Shown here: piece by piece, positions 1 through 12,800 of the stretch
How positions within the stretch are numbered: position 1 is the first letter of the stretch
How the letters are laid out: each line of letters opens with the position of its first letter
Origin: Trichoplax adhaerens
Lineage: Eukaryota; Animalia; Placozoa
DNA: 64,000 nucleotides
Direction of reading: 5' to 3'
NCBI RefSeq assembly: GCF_000150275.1
Contig: NW_002060945.1
Coordinates: 321,872-385,871 of the forward strand
Notes under the pieces: model-generated
Told to the model about the DNA's origin: nothing
Seen by the model: only the letters and a program-made list of their open reading frames with translations
Database searches by the model: none
Program-made: the position numbers and the translations under genes

Positions 1-345
1 AGTTTATAATGATCCGATTTCGTAGCAACTCGAGATCTGTTCACTTATTACGTTAAATACCTGCCGCAGAGAAGTACTGTAGAAGCTTAAGGGTATACAG
101 ACCAATAAAAATCATAACGCTACTACTACCGAACAACTTGAGAAGTGAATATTCGATAATTATGCGATCATTTATGATTGTACGCAGTAAAACTGAGTAG
201 TCGGGATTGTAAACAACCTAAATAATTGCTTAAAACCATACAGGTATTACCAGAGTTACGTCCATTAATTAATTAGTTATAATTATCGAGAGATCCGCGA
301 TACTTGGCTCTCCAACACTTAGCGCCTAATGCGCACGCGTCATCG

Positions 346-361
346 GTTGCCATGGCACAAC
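346..361. promoter_or_regulatory. RFX X-box-like element upstream of the dynein gene
   Basis: GTTGCCATGGCACAAC versus the canonical palindromic X-box GTTGCCATGGCAAC. It lies about 470 bp upstream of the dynein ATG, next to a TGCGCACGCG (NRF1-like) element at 330-339. RFX X-boxes are the classic regulators of ciliary genes. Confidence 0.65.
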
Positions 362-814
362 TTTTTGAACACTATGTCTAGCAGAAGCAAAATGCACAAG
401 TTTGTAGAGAGATCAAGTTAAGGAAATGTATGTAGTTTATACTATAGCAATTTTATAGATGTTATAAACCGTTTAATTCATCATAGTATTTGCGTATTCA
501 ATATTAAGTATACGGTTTGGAACACACACCGAATCTTTGTCAGTTGATATTGAAGTTTGAAGAGTGGAAGATTTCGTAGGCGATCGATGTCTGTATACAC
601 TCTTGTATGTATGTCGTATTGGAAATAGCTATAGTAGAATGAACATATTTCATTATGAGCTACGCTTGTAGTATTGCAACAAGATAAGTGTAATGCGGTG
701 ATATTTAGCTACTACTATAAGTCAGGTAATTCTTTTACACTATAGTAAACTGATATGATATTAAAGTACAAGTAGCAAATAATACACTGTTGGTAAGAAT
801 ATCCATAACCTAAG

Positions 815-3800
815 ATGGAGACATCAAAATCACCCATCGAACATTCAACTGCTTTAAAGTTTATAAGTGATTACAAAAAGGCTGTTGATGACGAAACAGT
901 TGACAGCTTTCAATATAACGCGTCTGCACTGATCGATCTAGCCAAGGATAAGCAGGAATTATTTGAGGAGGATATCGCCATTATACGAGAACATTTGACG
1001 CGACTATTCGTTACTGTCCTCGGAGAAGAAAGGTAATCTTGACTTTTTCCGACCTTTGAATCATTCTAATAAGATTAATACTGTACTGTATACACAGAAA
1101 ATGATCTAAATTGGTCAGTTAATTAGATGCAATTTATTATCGATAAAGGGCATAATCTAGTAATAAATTTCATCCGTTAACCCCATTGCCAATTTATTAA
1201 TTATGATATCTCTATGCACAATTATTTGACACTGATGTATAACCTAGCAACGAGTGGCAGTGGTCGAGACTCTATGAGGTATTAGAATCATTACAGCCAT
1301 GGAGTTCATCAATCATTAGCCATCAGGTGAGGGTAGCAATGTTGATCGTTTAAAAACCATGACTTGCGTGAATATTAACAACTAGAAGTTATACGTTAAT
1401 AGGAAATTGTTTACATTTTTAAGTCTGTCAATTTTTTACTAATTAATCGTTTTGTATAAGCATAAAGTAGCTAATGTAACATTTTGCTTTAAGTATGATA
1501 AATTTCGCTTTTACTGTGGTAGATAACATACTATATCAATCGCATCAATCGACATATCATAACGAATCCGAGTACTCCATGTGCAACATCAATATCAGAT
1601 ATCATCAAAGCTTTCAATTCGGTAACTATTACATTGCTTATGAATTATTTCGTCTCTGTTTACTCTAACTATACAATTTTATCGTTATCTTTACAGTCAA
1701 AGGATACAACTAGCAATAATAAAATTACTTCAGCTGTAAATGGCTCGAAGCAGGCTGAGAACGTAACCGAGAATGCATCAAAAAGCCCAAGATTAAATAA
1801 ACAAATCCCCGCAAGAAATCCATTAAAAGAAGAAGATAATCCCTATGTGCTAAAAATTAGGGTATGAATATTTTCATAAATTACAATATCATACATACAT
1901 AGTCAGTAATTGTTATGATGTGCCAAAAGTCTTACAAAATAAATCTATATACAAGGATAATCAAAGCTATGTTCCGGATGATGAGTTAAAATTTAGAGAC
2001 ATCAATGAATCTCTCCCTGTAGTGCTCCAAGAAATATCTCAACGTAAGCTTAAATCTAGCAGACTAACACATAAAAAATAATGTATTCCACATGTACCAT
2101 CATTGCTTACTAAGGGCCAATAATAATACCATTTTAGGTGAATCTGCATGGCCAAATCCTGTAGGAGCAACTATTGCTGCCATGAAATTAAATTTACCAG
2201 ATCATGTAAGTAATCAATATGTTTAATCCTAACCAAAGATTCTATCTTATAGACAAATGTGATGTATTAAGAACTAAACTGTTGTTTTCTATATATTTAA
2301 GGTCAAGGAAACCGGTGAAAAACCTGACTCTATTGACCGTGGCAGTAAAGATAATTTGATAAGCATTTCAATAAGGTAAATCAATACATACGTATTAACT
2401 GATAGCATTTCAAAATAATTTTAAAACATTTTATTTAAATTTTAGTCCAAGAACAAAGAAAATCTTAAAAGACAGCCGTGCAGAAGAGCTTAAGGTTTGC
2501 TTTGTGCTCACTTATCCTAAAATATGTTGTGGAATAGAGTAGCAAATTTCAACATATTTCTGAATATTCTTACGTAGATAAATACCGAGATTAAAACCGG
2601 CTGGGATATTCTTAAGTTATTTGCAGCTGGAAGACATACCGGTAATCTATATATCTGTATATTTGGCCATAAAGAATGAAAATTCTTATGATCAGATGAA
2701 TAATACTGCTGTTATATTTCAAACTTTATATAGGTCGTTTACAGTTTGCCTATTTAAATTTTGATGACAGTACGAAAGATTTCAGACCTTATGATTTAGT
2801 AGCGGTACCAAAAAATAAGGTAACGCATTTTTACGTTATAAATATTTACGTTAAAGTATTCTAATTGTCTCTTTTAAATTGATAATGTTTAGCATATAGC
2901 AATATTTAATTTTACTAAATAATGATGAAAACGTTATGTACTTTTATTTACGAAACCAATAAAACTACGAAATGGAAGATAAATCCTGAGCATTTCGTTA
3001 TGTCATGCTATGGTGTTCTACACGTTTATCCGGATCAATCTGCAGGTTTCACTAATTTCTAATTACTCATATAATCTTATATAAAAGCTTTTTCAGGCGT
3101 CCAAAGTGATATAAACAATAATTTTTTTCTTGACTTAATAACTTGTTGCTTTATTTACTTTATTTTACCGACAGAATCATTAACTTTAGATGAATGGCAA
3201 AAAGAAGCAACTATATTTAATGCTATAACTAAAATATTCTTTTTTCGAAATTTTCTACTCCGGAAACTGTTTCTTAGGTCAGTATCGTAACATTTCATCT
3301 CAAACACCTTCATCTTAGTAGCTATGTGATAATTATTTGCGCTTTCTGTTATAAATACGAGTATATCGGTCATTTTTAAGACATATTCCATACCTCATGA
3401 TATTAGTTATGTTTTATAATCATTATAATAAATAAAATAGTAATGATAATCAGTAAATCAAATGTAGATTCGGGTCTTACGTCCGACAACATTACTTATC
3501 AAGAATTTTATGTACCACGAATCTGAAGAAAAGTATTTATTATATTACACTTGTTGATTATATGATATGACTATAAACTAAAAGAATCATCGAAGATTAC
3601 ATTAGCATAACAAATATTTCTCAGTAAATTAACATGACAGTTGCATTTGTAGTACAAATGGAGAAATGGAAGCCTTTCATTATATAACACTTGTTGATTA
3701 TACAACATGATTATAGAACCCAAAATCATGGGTGATTACAATAGCACGTTAAATTTTATTCAGTAAATTAATTTGTCACTCGCATTTGTATTAACTTATA

Positions 3801-6800
3801 AATGTGGCAGTGGAAGAATTATTCGTATGGAATCAAATATTAAATGGATAGACGTTATTTTAATATAACCTGGTTTACGATAATTATATGCGAATTCCTA
3901 ATTCTGATACTTTTCTTACAACAGATGGAGAAGAAATTCAAAGTATTCCCAGTTTTATAAAACTCGTCAAATCATTAGTCGCGACCTACTTTTGAATAAT
4001 AACTCATTTTATTCTGCCATATCCCAGATATCCAGGTATAAAAGAAATTTTTGAAGACTTATATATTAAACTTTAGATGTCTAAGCAAAGGAGAAACAAT
4101 CTGGTATAACTATGATAACAATTTCTTCTAATCCTTATTTTTTAGTCTGCTTGTAGATCTCGAAACAATCGAATTCTTACCTTTGGATGAACAGTAAATC
4201 TCTTTTATATACGGATTTTTACGAAAGAATTTTATTTGCAGCTATATATATTAACATCCAGTCAATATTTAAATTATAGCACTTGCTTTACTTTGGCTGA
4301 CTTTGTCGAATTTTGTCAAAGAACAAGAGAAAAAGCTGATAAATTTATTCGAAAATTTTTTACGTAAATGCTGAAACTTTTGCTAATTACAAAACTACTT
4401 TTAATTTTAAGTATAAATAATCTCGGCATTAAATTAAAAATTTTTAAATACGTATGTATCAAAGGTTGATTGTTTAGATTAACAAGCAAAAGGTATATAA
4501 TCTGTATTGAAATTATCTAATAGCTACTTTGCGGCCAATTTATTTCAGGTATTCTCAGAAGATTATGGATAAAACTTTTGAGAGCTCATTAGACCGTTTA
4601 AAACACTATGAAGCCTTGTGTAAAAAGAAACAGCCAATGTAAGTTGGTTGTCATTTAGCTTAAACTATTTAGAGGAGATATTTTAGATTACTTTGCGCTT
4701 TCGTTGTGTAGAACGAAAGAATCGTTGTATATAATGAAACAGAAAGCAGATAAACGGCAGCAAGATCTAGAAGATGCAAAAAATGAAGTTCGGTAAGCAT
4801 TTCATCCTCTTCAATATCTAGTAAGCAACTGATCGTGAAATAATCTCCGCTGCATTGGTAATACATTAAATTATGCATTCTTCTAGGCGTTTAAGCCATT
4901 TAGCTAGCTTAATCGACTATCTAACAATCGAAAGTTTGGTTAAAATGTCTCGTGCCAATATCACCAAGTTTGTTACTAAAACATTGAGTGATGAATCGAC
5001 TAGAAGAGATGCCCTATTTAAAGCTGACTTAGTTTTTAATTCCGAAGGTATGTTATGATATTACCGGATGTTTATTATAACTACATAGCTTAGACATGAA
5101 TACTGAGTGTTATGCTAGTAGTTTTTAACTTTATTACGTGAGCGAAAGAAAATTTGGTGTACTGAAAGTTTAATGTTATTATCACATACTGTAGATCAGT
5201 TGATGCTACAACCGTTTCAGCGCCATTTTAGGAAGATTATCGCATCCATGCTAAACGATATTCCTTCAATCTTGTGTGAAATGATTAAAACTAGTCAATC
5301 TCCTGACGAACCTTTGGTTTTACAAACACTTACTAATTCTAGCAGTTTTATGCAATCACCATTACCAAGAATATCCAGCGTAATGAATCAGGCTCAGGAT
5401 ACTACAGAAGTAAATGATTTAGAAGAATCACAAAATCAGCAAAATACTAACGCTAAGCGTGGAGTTGCCTTTGCACCCACACCATCAAACCAGGGTATGG
5501 AGATATTTGCATTTAATACAGAAGATCCGCACTATTAATAGTAATGTTGTGATGATTTTAGATGTAAACAACGTTAAAATATATGTACATACATTATTAT
5601 TTTTATGATTTATCCGTCCATTACCATACATTGGACAAAAGGCAAAGAATTTATGAGACTGCCAACTCCAACGAAGTCTCCATCAATACAATTTTCCGAC
5701 TCTAAACGCGATTTATCAACACGCGAAGAATATGTTGTTAAGCCAAATTACAATATCGAAGTGCAAGGACATAGTATTATAGCTCAGCATACGCCTCTAT
5801 CTAAAAGAAATTTAGAAGAAAAATTACATTTAGAGTAAGCGATTTGAATGTATACGCGTATATTATATTATAATTTTAGCCATTTGAAGTTTAATTTTAT
5901 ACCTAATTCTAAATTATTTGTTTTTTTTCTTAATAATGAACAACGAATTATGTCTTTAACTTTAATTAACTCCCCAACAATTTGGTGCCAACTTCTACTT
6001 CTTATCAATAGTATTCTAATTCAAGAATATAATCAAAAACAATCACTCTTAGTCGAAGAAGACCTTACAGATATTGATCAGTTTTGTGCCAAGTATGAAT
6101 GGCTTTGTGAAATTCATGCTTTCGTCAGACAATGGGGTAATGATCAAATGAATGAACTAAACAAAGTTAATCCTCAAGTATTTAAGGTATTAAACGAAAA
6201 CTATAATATTAAATTATCGTAAGTTTGCCATGCTATATGAATAGTTTTTATATGCATCCTCATCATAGCCGTTTGCATACTATAAGTTGTTGTAGCAATG
6301 ATGTGCCAAAGTGGCTACTGTAATCCATTTTCTCATTTGATAGGAGCAATTTCAGATCATTAGCCAATGGATTGAAAGAGTCCAGGAAGTTCCTGATTCA
6401 TTTATCACAAGCAATAAACTGTTTAATATCCACTGTAAAGGAATAGAATATGCTTTACTACCGAGATTAAAGCAGATCTTTAAAAATTTGGATAATTTAA
6501 TTAGCGAGAAATATCACACATTGGCTGTAGGATTTATACGTGGGATTGACAGTTTAACCACTGTAAGTGATTGAAAGCGCTATCTTATTAACCTGTTGTA
6601 GAAAGCTACAACAGAGTGGAATGTATAAATAAGCATAAATTGATCGGAGCACATAAGATAACGTAGGGTAATTTCTAAATTACTTGTTCAGGAAATGTAC
6701 GAAAGAAAATTTGACATTGAAAAGTTTGCCAAGTTTGTCCATCGTGTTTCTCAAACGAACGAGAGTCAAAATCAGCTAGAAGATGATCTTAATAACATCA

Positions 6801-9800
6801 AATTTTATTACGAGGTAAGATGATTTATTGCAGTTTTTCTAATTTTAAAGACTGAAAGAGATTCACTTCATTTTCTTTATAGTAAATGCTCTATTTAATC
6901 GTTTATATAAGTCAGTAGAATCGATTAAGATCGAGAAAATAGTATAATACACAACTTAAAATAGACATGTTCATCATCCTTTGAATACTACATGAAGAAT
7001 TTGTTTTCATTTCTAAAACTGACTTTGTATAATGATGTTAACTATTTGCTATTACAACTAGTGTATTACAAAGCGCAATTTCATCAATGCATTATATGGA
7101 ATTTGCTCTTAATTTCATTATGTGATTCACATATTCTAGTAGTGAACAGAATGTACTAGGTGTAACATCTCAGTAAATTTATCCGTTGTAGGTTATCCGC
7201 AAGCACTGCCATCAACCTACTACGGAAGAATCGCATTTGTTATCTAAGGTAGGGTTACTAATTATTCGTTTAGCACGGATAAAAATTTTACCTTGTGCGA
7301 TAAAATACCTCGAAAGAGCTTCAATTTTTCGTTCACTCCATTCCATGAGTAAGTTCTTCACCAGCACTACCGTGTATAGACGGTTGCTAGGCTTCTAATT
7401 TAGCTCATAAAGTATAATCTGTTTGGGACTGTATGATATCTATTAAGTTACTTTCGCAGAGACAAGAAAACAGATTTTCTTCTTGCATACATTCAATAAC
7501 TTTCACTACGTGTACTGCTACAACACCGTAGTTCGATGAATAAACATCATAGTTGTAAGGAAAATAATCTATTTTCCCTTCTCCAAGATATAACACTCTG
7601 CAGCAGTACCAGTGTTGGTTATAGAGGTTAAGCTTTCGAGTCTACAGTAGTTTGATGTGCTGTCTGTTCCGAGAAAGTCTTGAAACTTTATGTCACGATA
7701 CCCATGACGCTAGTAATTTTTTTATAATAAGTGGCTTTTAATTTAATATCCCCTAATAAGTGCTCTCAATTGGTGATACCGCTAAGGAATTAAGTTTAGC
7801 AGATCGAGCTACAGGACTTGTTACGATCATCTTATCGGCTTGCTAGAAGAACGTAAAGAATCTAACAGAAACAAAAAAATTCTAAGAACGATTTATATTG
7901 TAATTTTGTCACGAATCTGAAATTAGCCATAAAAATTATAGTTAAAATGTTAATTCCCTTTCAATGGGATGCTACGCTAATTCTATACACTCTGACGTAC
8001 TGTATCGTCATGAATCTTTAGTATCACTGGATGTGAGTTAAAATAGTCATGCAATAACTATCGATTTATTACTACCATTATGCGAAATTTGTAGTTATTA
8101 ACCCTATTACACAATTAGTACCATTATTCTAATTACTATTAGAGTTTATCCCGGCTAATATCTACGCTATATTTCGCTTTCCTCCTTGCAGGGCCTGCAA
8201 TACGCTATGCAGTATACTGCAGTTATGTAATAATTATCTTTTCAGCTAATGCTCATAGTTTTTGTTACCAGTGATTGGCAAATAGAAAGAATTATTATTT
8301 GATTGTTAGAATAAATTGTAGACTGTCACTAACCTTGCTAAATTGGTCCTTCTCACATTGCATTGTAGCTAAATTCTTGTTGGAGGATATTCTCCGTTAG
8401 TCTGCTGGATGCCGTTGAATTCGTTGATAGCGAAAAACCAATCATGATTGAAGGTTTAGAAGAAAAGATCAAGGTAAATACCGTTAAATGGCATTATGAC
8501 ATTATCCCGATTTTAGTTGCAAATACTTTGATATTGCTAAATTCACTTATTTGATTAATTTGTTCTAGTATACTACTGTATATCATACACAGATTCAGCA
8601 AATTGAACACTATGTACTATAGTAATATGCGTAGTATGATTTTTCAGCCTTAAGCTACTATATTAACAAGCAGCAATTCTAAATTTCTACCTAAGATATA
8701 CGCGATGTAATACTCGTAGTCCTGTGAAAAATAAATATTTCAGTACACGTATGCTATTATATTTTTGGGGGAAAAGCTATTCTGTGGGATAGCATTAATT
8801 AGTAATTCGTTTATATCTCATGATTTTGACACTTATAGGCTCTAGCTGCAGATGCAGAAGACATCGGCAAAGATGCCACGTCTGGTATTTTCTTGGATCC
8901 CGACCAGAGTCCTTCTCATGCTTTAACGCTTATGAGAGATGTAAGAACAAAATACAGTTATCATTTTTGGATTACTTGTATACGTTGACTATCGTTAGAT
9001 GTAGATTGACAATGTTCTCAGCAGGCAATATTGACTTTGAGTCTAATCGCTCACTAATAAAATGATATACGGGAATTGATCCATTTTATTTTTGAACTTC
9101 TCGATCAGCTACGAAATGAATTTCAAGATATTCGAACAAGCTTACTTAATTTAAGTAAATGGCGTGAGTCGATTACTGGTCGCCCGTATGATTTTAGCCG
9201 TTTAACAGCGATCTTAAAGAATATAGACATACGCCAAGAGATGTGGAAATATATTGAAGTTTCGGAAGGAAGAATAAGAGATTGGATGAATACATCATTT
9301 TATAAGGTATTGATTCTGTCTTCTAGCGTAACAATATCAAACCTAGTTGTAAATTGACATTTTTGAAAGCTTCTATAAAATTTGATCGCGCTTTATGATA
9401 TTATAACACGTTTAGTTGGATGTTACCAAATTAATTCATAAAGTAAACGAATGGAAAAATGCATCAGTCCAGCTCAGAAATCAACTTCCTATAGGAGATC
9501 GTGTCCTTGATTACTGGAAAAAGAGTCTGGTCGATATTGAACGTCATACACCATTTCTAGCAAAGCTTTCAACGAAATCATTAAAGGTAGGAATAATACG
9601 GTATTGGAAATGGCATATTTTATAAGCAACAGTAGAGGATATTTGCTGTAAACGGCTCTTCAATGACTAAAGAATAGCTGAATAAATGATGCAAGATAAT
9701 ATAGCCATGCTATTGACTTCTGTACTAGTATTATAGGTCAGACTATTTAACCATTCCAATTTTATCCCTAAATTAGGCGCGCCATTGGAAAGATATATTT

Positions 9801-12800
9801 ATTGGAATTGGCCAACCTTATGATTCTACGTGGCTTTTCACTACTAAAGAGTTGCTATCATTTGATCTAGAATTACATACTTCGCTAATTAACTCAGTGG
9901 TTGCCAGGGCTGACGCGGAGTTTGCGTTAGAAGGATCTTTTCAGCAAATTTGCAAAGTTTGGGAAGATAAAAAGTTACAATTGACAAAGCATATACCTAT
10001 CGTTCAAGGTTCTAGAGCGTGAATTTTTACTTAAAGTTTCGCCTCAACTCTCTATTTTTTGTCGACTCTCCATGTAACTTTTTTACTATTACATTCTTTA
10101 TCAAATGTTTAGTTTCAAATGTAAATCAAACACCAATGTCAACAGATAGCAATGTAAATGAGATAGCTAAGGTAATGTTAATGTATATATAGTTGTAATT
10201 CTCACAAAGTATTTCATCGTGCCACTGTTTTATCGATTTTACAATAACTTAGCAAGAGATCATTGTCATTTTATAGCAGGATAGTAGAATGGACGACGAT
10301 GCTCTTGTTCTTATGGGCGTTGAGGAATTAAAAGTACAATTAGAGGTAAATACGTTATAAATGGACAAATCTAATACCTATCATATTACAATTATCATTT
10401 GATTCACGTTACTGATTAATTAAGTTGTACGTGTGTAGTTGTTACCAGATTATAATATAAGAATACTGGTTAAACTGTCTTCATGCACTTATTTAAAATT
10501 TAATCAAACTACTACCAATGTTATTGAATATTTATTTTGTCTACATGCTCTTATTGATTGATATAAAACGGCGAGTAGATCATGTTGTTAATCAGTCCTA
10601 CATTTCTATATCTAATACACAAAATATAATAGGATCACCAGATTACATTGCGTGGAATGCTAGTTTCTTCGCACTTAGCAGATTTACGCTATCAAGTCGA
10701 AGCATGGTCAACAATGTTGCAGCAACTTAATGAAATTATTGATAGTTGGAGCAATTGCCAACAAAAAGTAAAATCACTGCCCTATTTTTAGAATTATATT
10801 ATTATAATTTCTAAAAGGATATATTACTAATTTATGCCATTTTCCTACAGTGGCTTCTCTTATATAATGTGTTTCAAAGAAAGCGTATTAAAACTGACTT
10901 GAGCAAGCAATATCAAGAATTTGAAAAGATCAACTCTGGTTATAAGGATTTCCTGAGATCAGTTGTCGAAAATCCCAAAGTTTTGAATTTAGTGAATCGT
11001 CGAAGGAGCCAGAAAGCCCACAAAGATGTTCACGGAGAGAATCTGTTGCAATTACTATTCAACTACAGCGATACTCAGGTGCATTATACATTTTGACCTT
11101 GTTTATTTAAATCAAATGTTCCAGTATCCATTTTTGTAGCTGTTGCTAAATCTAAAGTCACTACAAATTAGTACAGTATCAATATTAATCTCCACTACTA
11201 CTTAGTGTTAATGCAGCTGAAAAACATTCATTACGTTACGTTTTGTTTATATGCTCTACGTCGTTCTATTTATCTCACAAGACTTTTTATCACGTAGGAC
11301 CAAATAATAAAACATCTGTATTTTCTTTTGGAAGAAGCTCGTAATGAATTTCCAAGATTTTATTTTATTAGCAATCATCAATTATTAGATATTATGTCGT
11401 ACGCAGATAACCCATCAGCATTAGCACAATTTGTAAATCACTGTTTTCCTGGAATTTTATCATTAAAATTGATTCTTCCGGAACAAACTATTTCTGTCAT
11501 GAGAAATACTACTAATGAAATCAATGCGGCTTTCAACGGTAATGATTAATAAGGTTGAATTTTTTAATTATTTTTCTTTAAGAGGAGGAGAGATTGAATA
11601 ATTATAACTAATTCTATTTGATCTTGAAATAGCTCATTTATTACAAGTATCAGCACTCGAAGGCAACCTAGATGAAGTTGTCGAATTGACAACAAGAATA
11701 AAGGCGGAATCCCAGCCACATAAATGGTTTGCAGCAGTGGAAACTGGCATGAAAGAAAGTTTAGCTATTATTTTACAGGATTGTCTTCATAGTCGATTGG
11801 ATGGTATGAAAGCGCCAGATGATATCTCAAGTCTAAATAAATTACATTACGTTATTGAAAGTAAATTAACTGGACAACTACAATATTGGCGTTATGGCGA
11901 TAATATTATATCTTATTTTATGAGATATCCTTCGCAATGTATCGAACTAGTGGAAGCAATTGTATGGGCCCAATGTGTCCTGTTAACTTGCTCTCGAGTT
12001 ACGCCTGTCAGATTTACAGACATTAAGTATGCTAATCATCAACACAATACTAGCTCGCGGAAACAACACATATATCAAAATTTTGTCGTATTTATTTTTT
12101 TGTTTTAATGTACTTATTTTTGTTTCAGGGAATGGCTAATGTCGAATATCAACTTTCTTGTTGACAACCTTAATACTGGTATTAAATATCGAGTAGCTGA
12201 ACATGCCCAAAAAAGAATTGCCCTCCTTATCACATCACTAATTACTAGAGCAGTTTACCATAGAGACGTTATGGATAGTAAGCTTATTTATACTTGCTAT
12301 CTTAAAACCTATGTGTTGCTAAATTAAATTAAATTGTATATAAATCAATGTGTGCTAGGCAATACAATTGATATGTATCTTTTTATTATCTTAACCTTTT
12401 AGGATTGAATGAATCTGCAAGTTACTCACCAAGAAGCTTCGAATGGCAGAGCACATTACGTTACGATATCAAGTATATGAAAGAAAGTATTTCTCCCAAG
12501 CAACGTTATAAATTTGCAAATCAATCCGAACTATCGCAGATGTTTAATTTAATGCACATCGATTGCAATCTCAATATTGTTGGTAGACAGATTCAATATG
12601 GATATGAGTATAGTGGACCATACTCTAGATTAGTTTTAACTCCATTAACTGAACGTTGCTTTATTGCCATGGCTAGTGCTATCAGTAATTACCAGTGTGG
12701 AGCAATAACTGGCTCAGCTGTATTCGGTAAAGCGGAAACAATTCGAGAATTAGGCCTATCTACAGCACATCATTCTGTCATCTTCAGCTGTAGTAGTTTT

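Noticed and set aside
7249-8369. Long dynein intron (and SF3B1 intron 1, 36745-37639) as hosts of snoRNAs or nested genes
   Set aside because: Only weak hairpins and isolated TGATGA boxes were seen, with no convincing C/D or H/ACA architecture by eye. An Infernal/Rfam scan would be needed.
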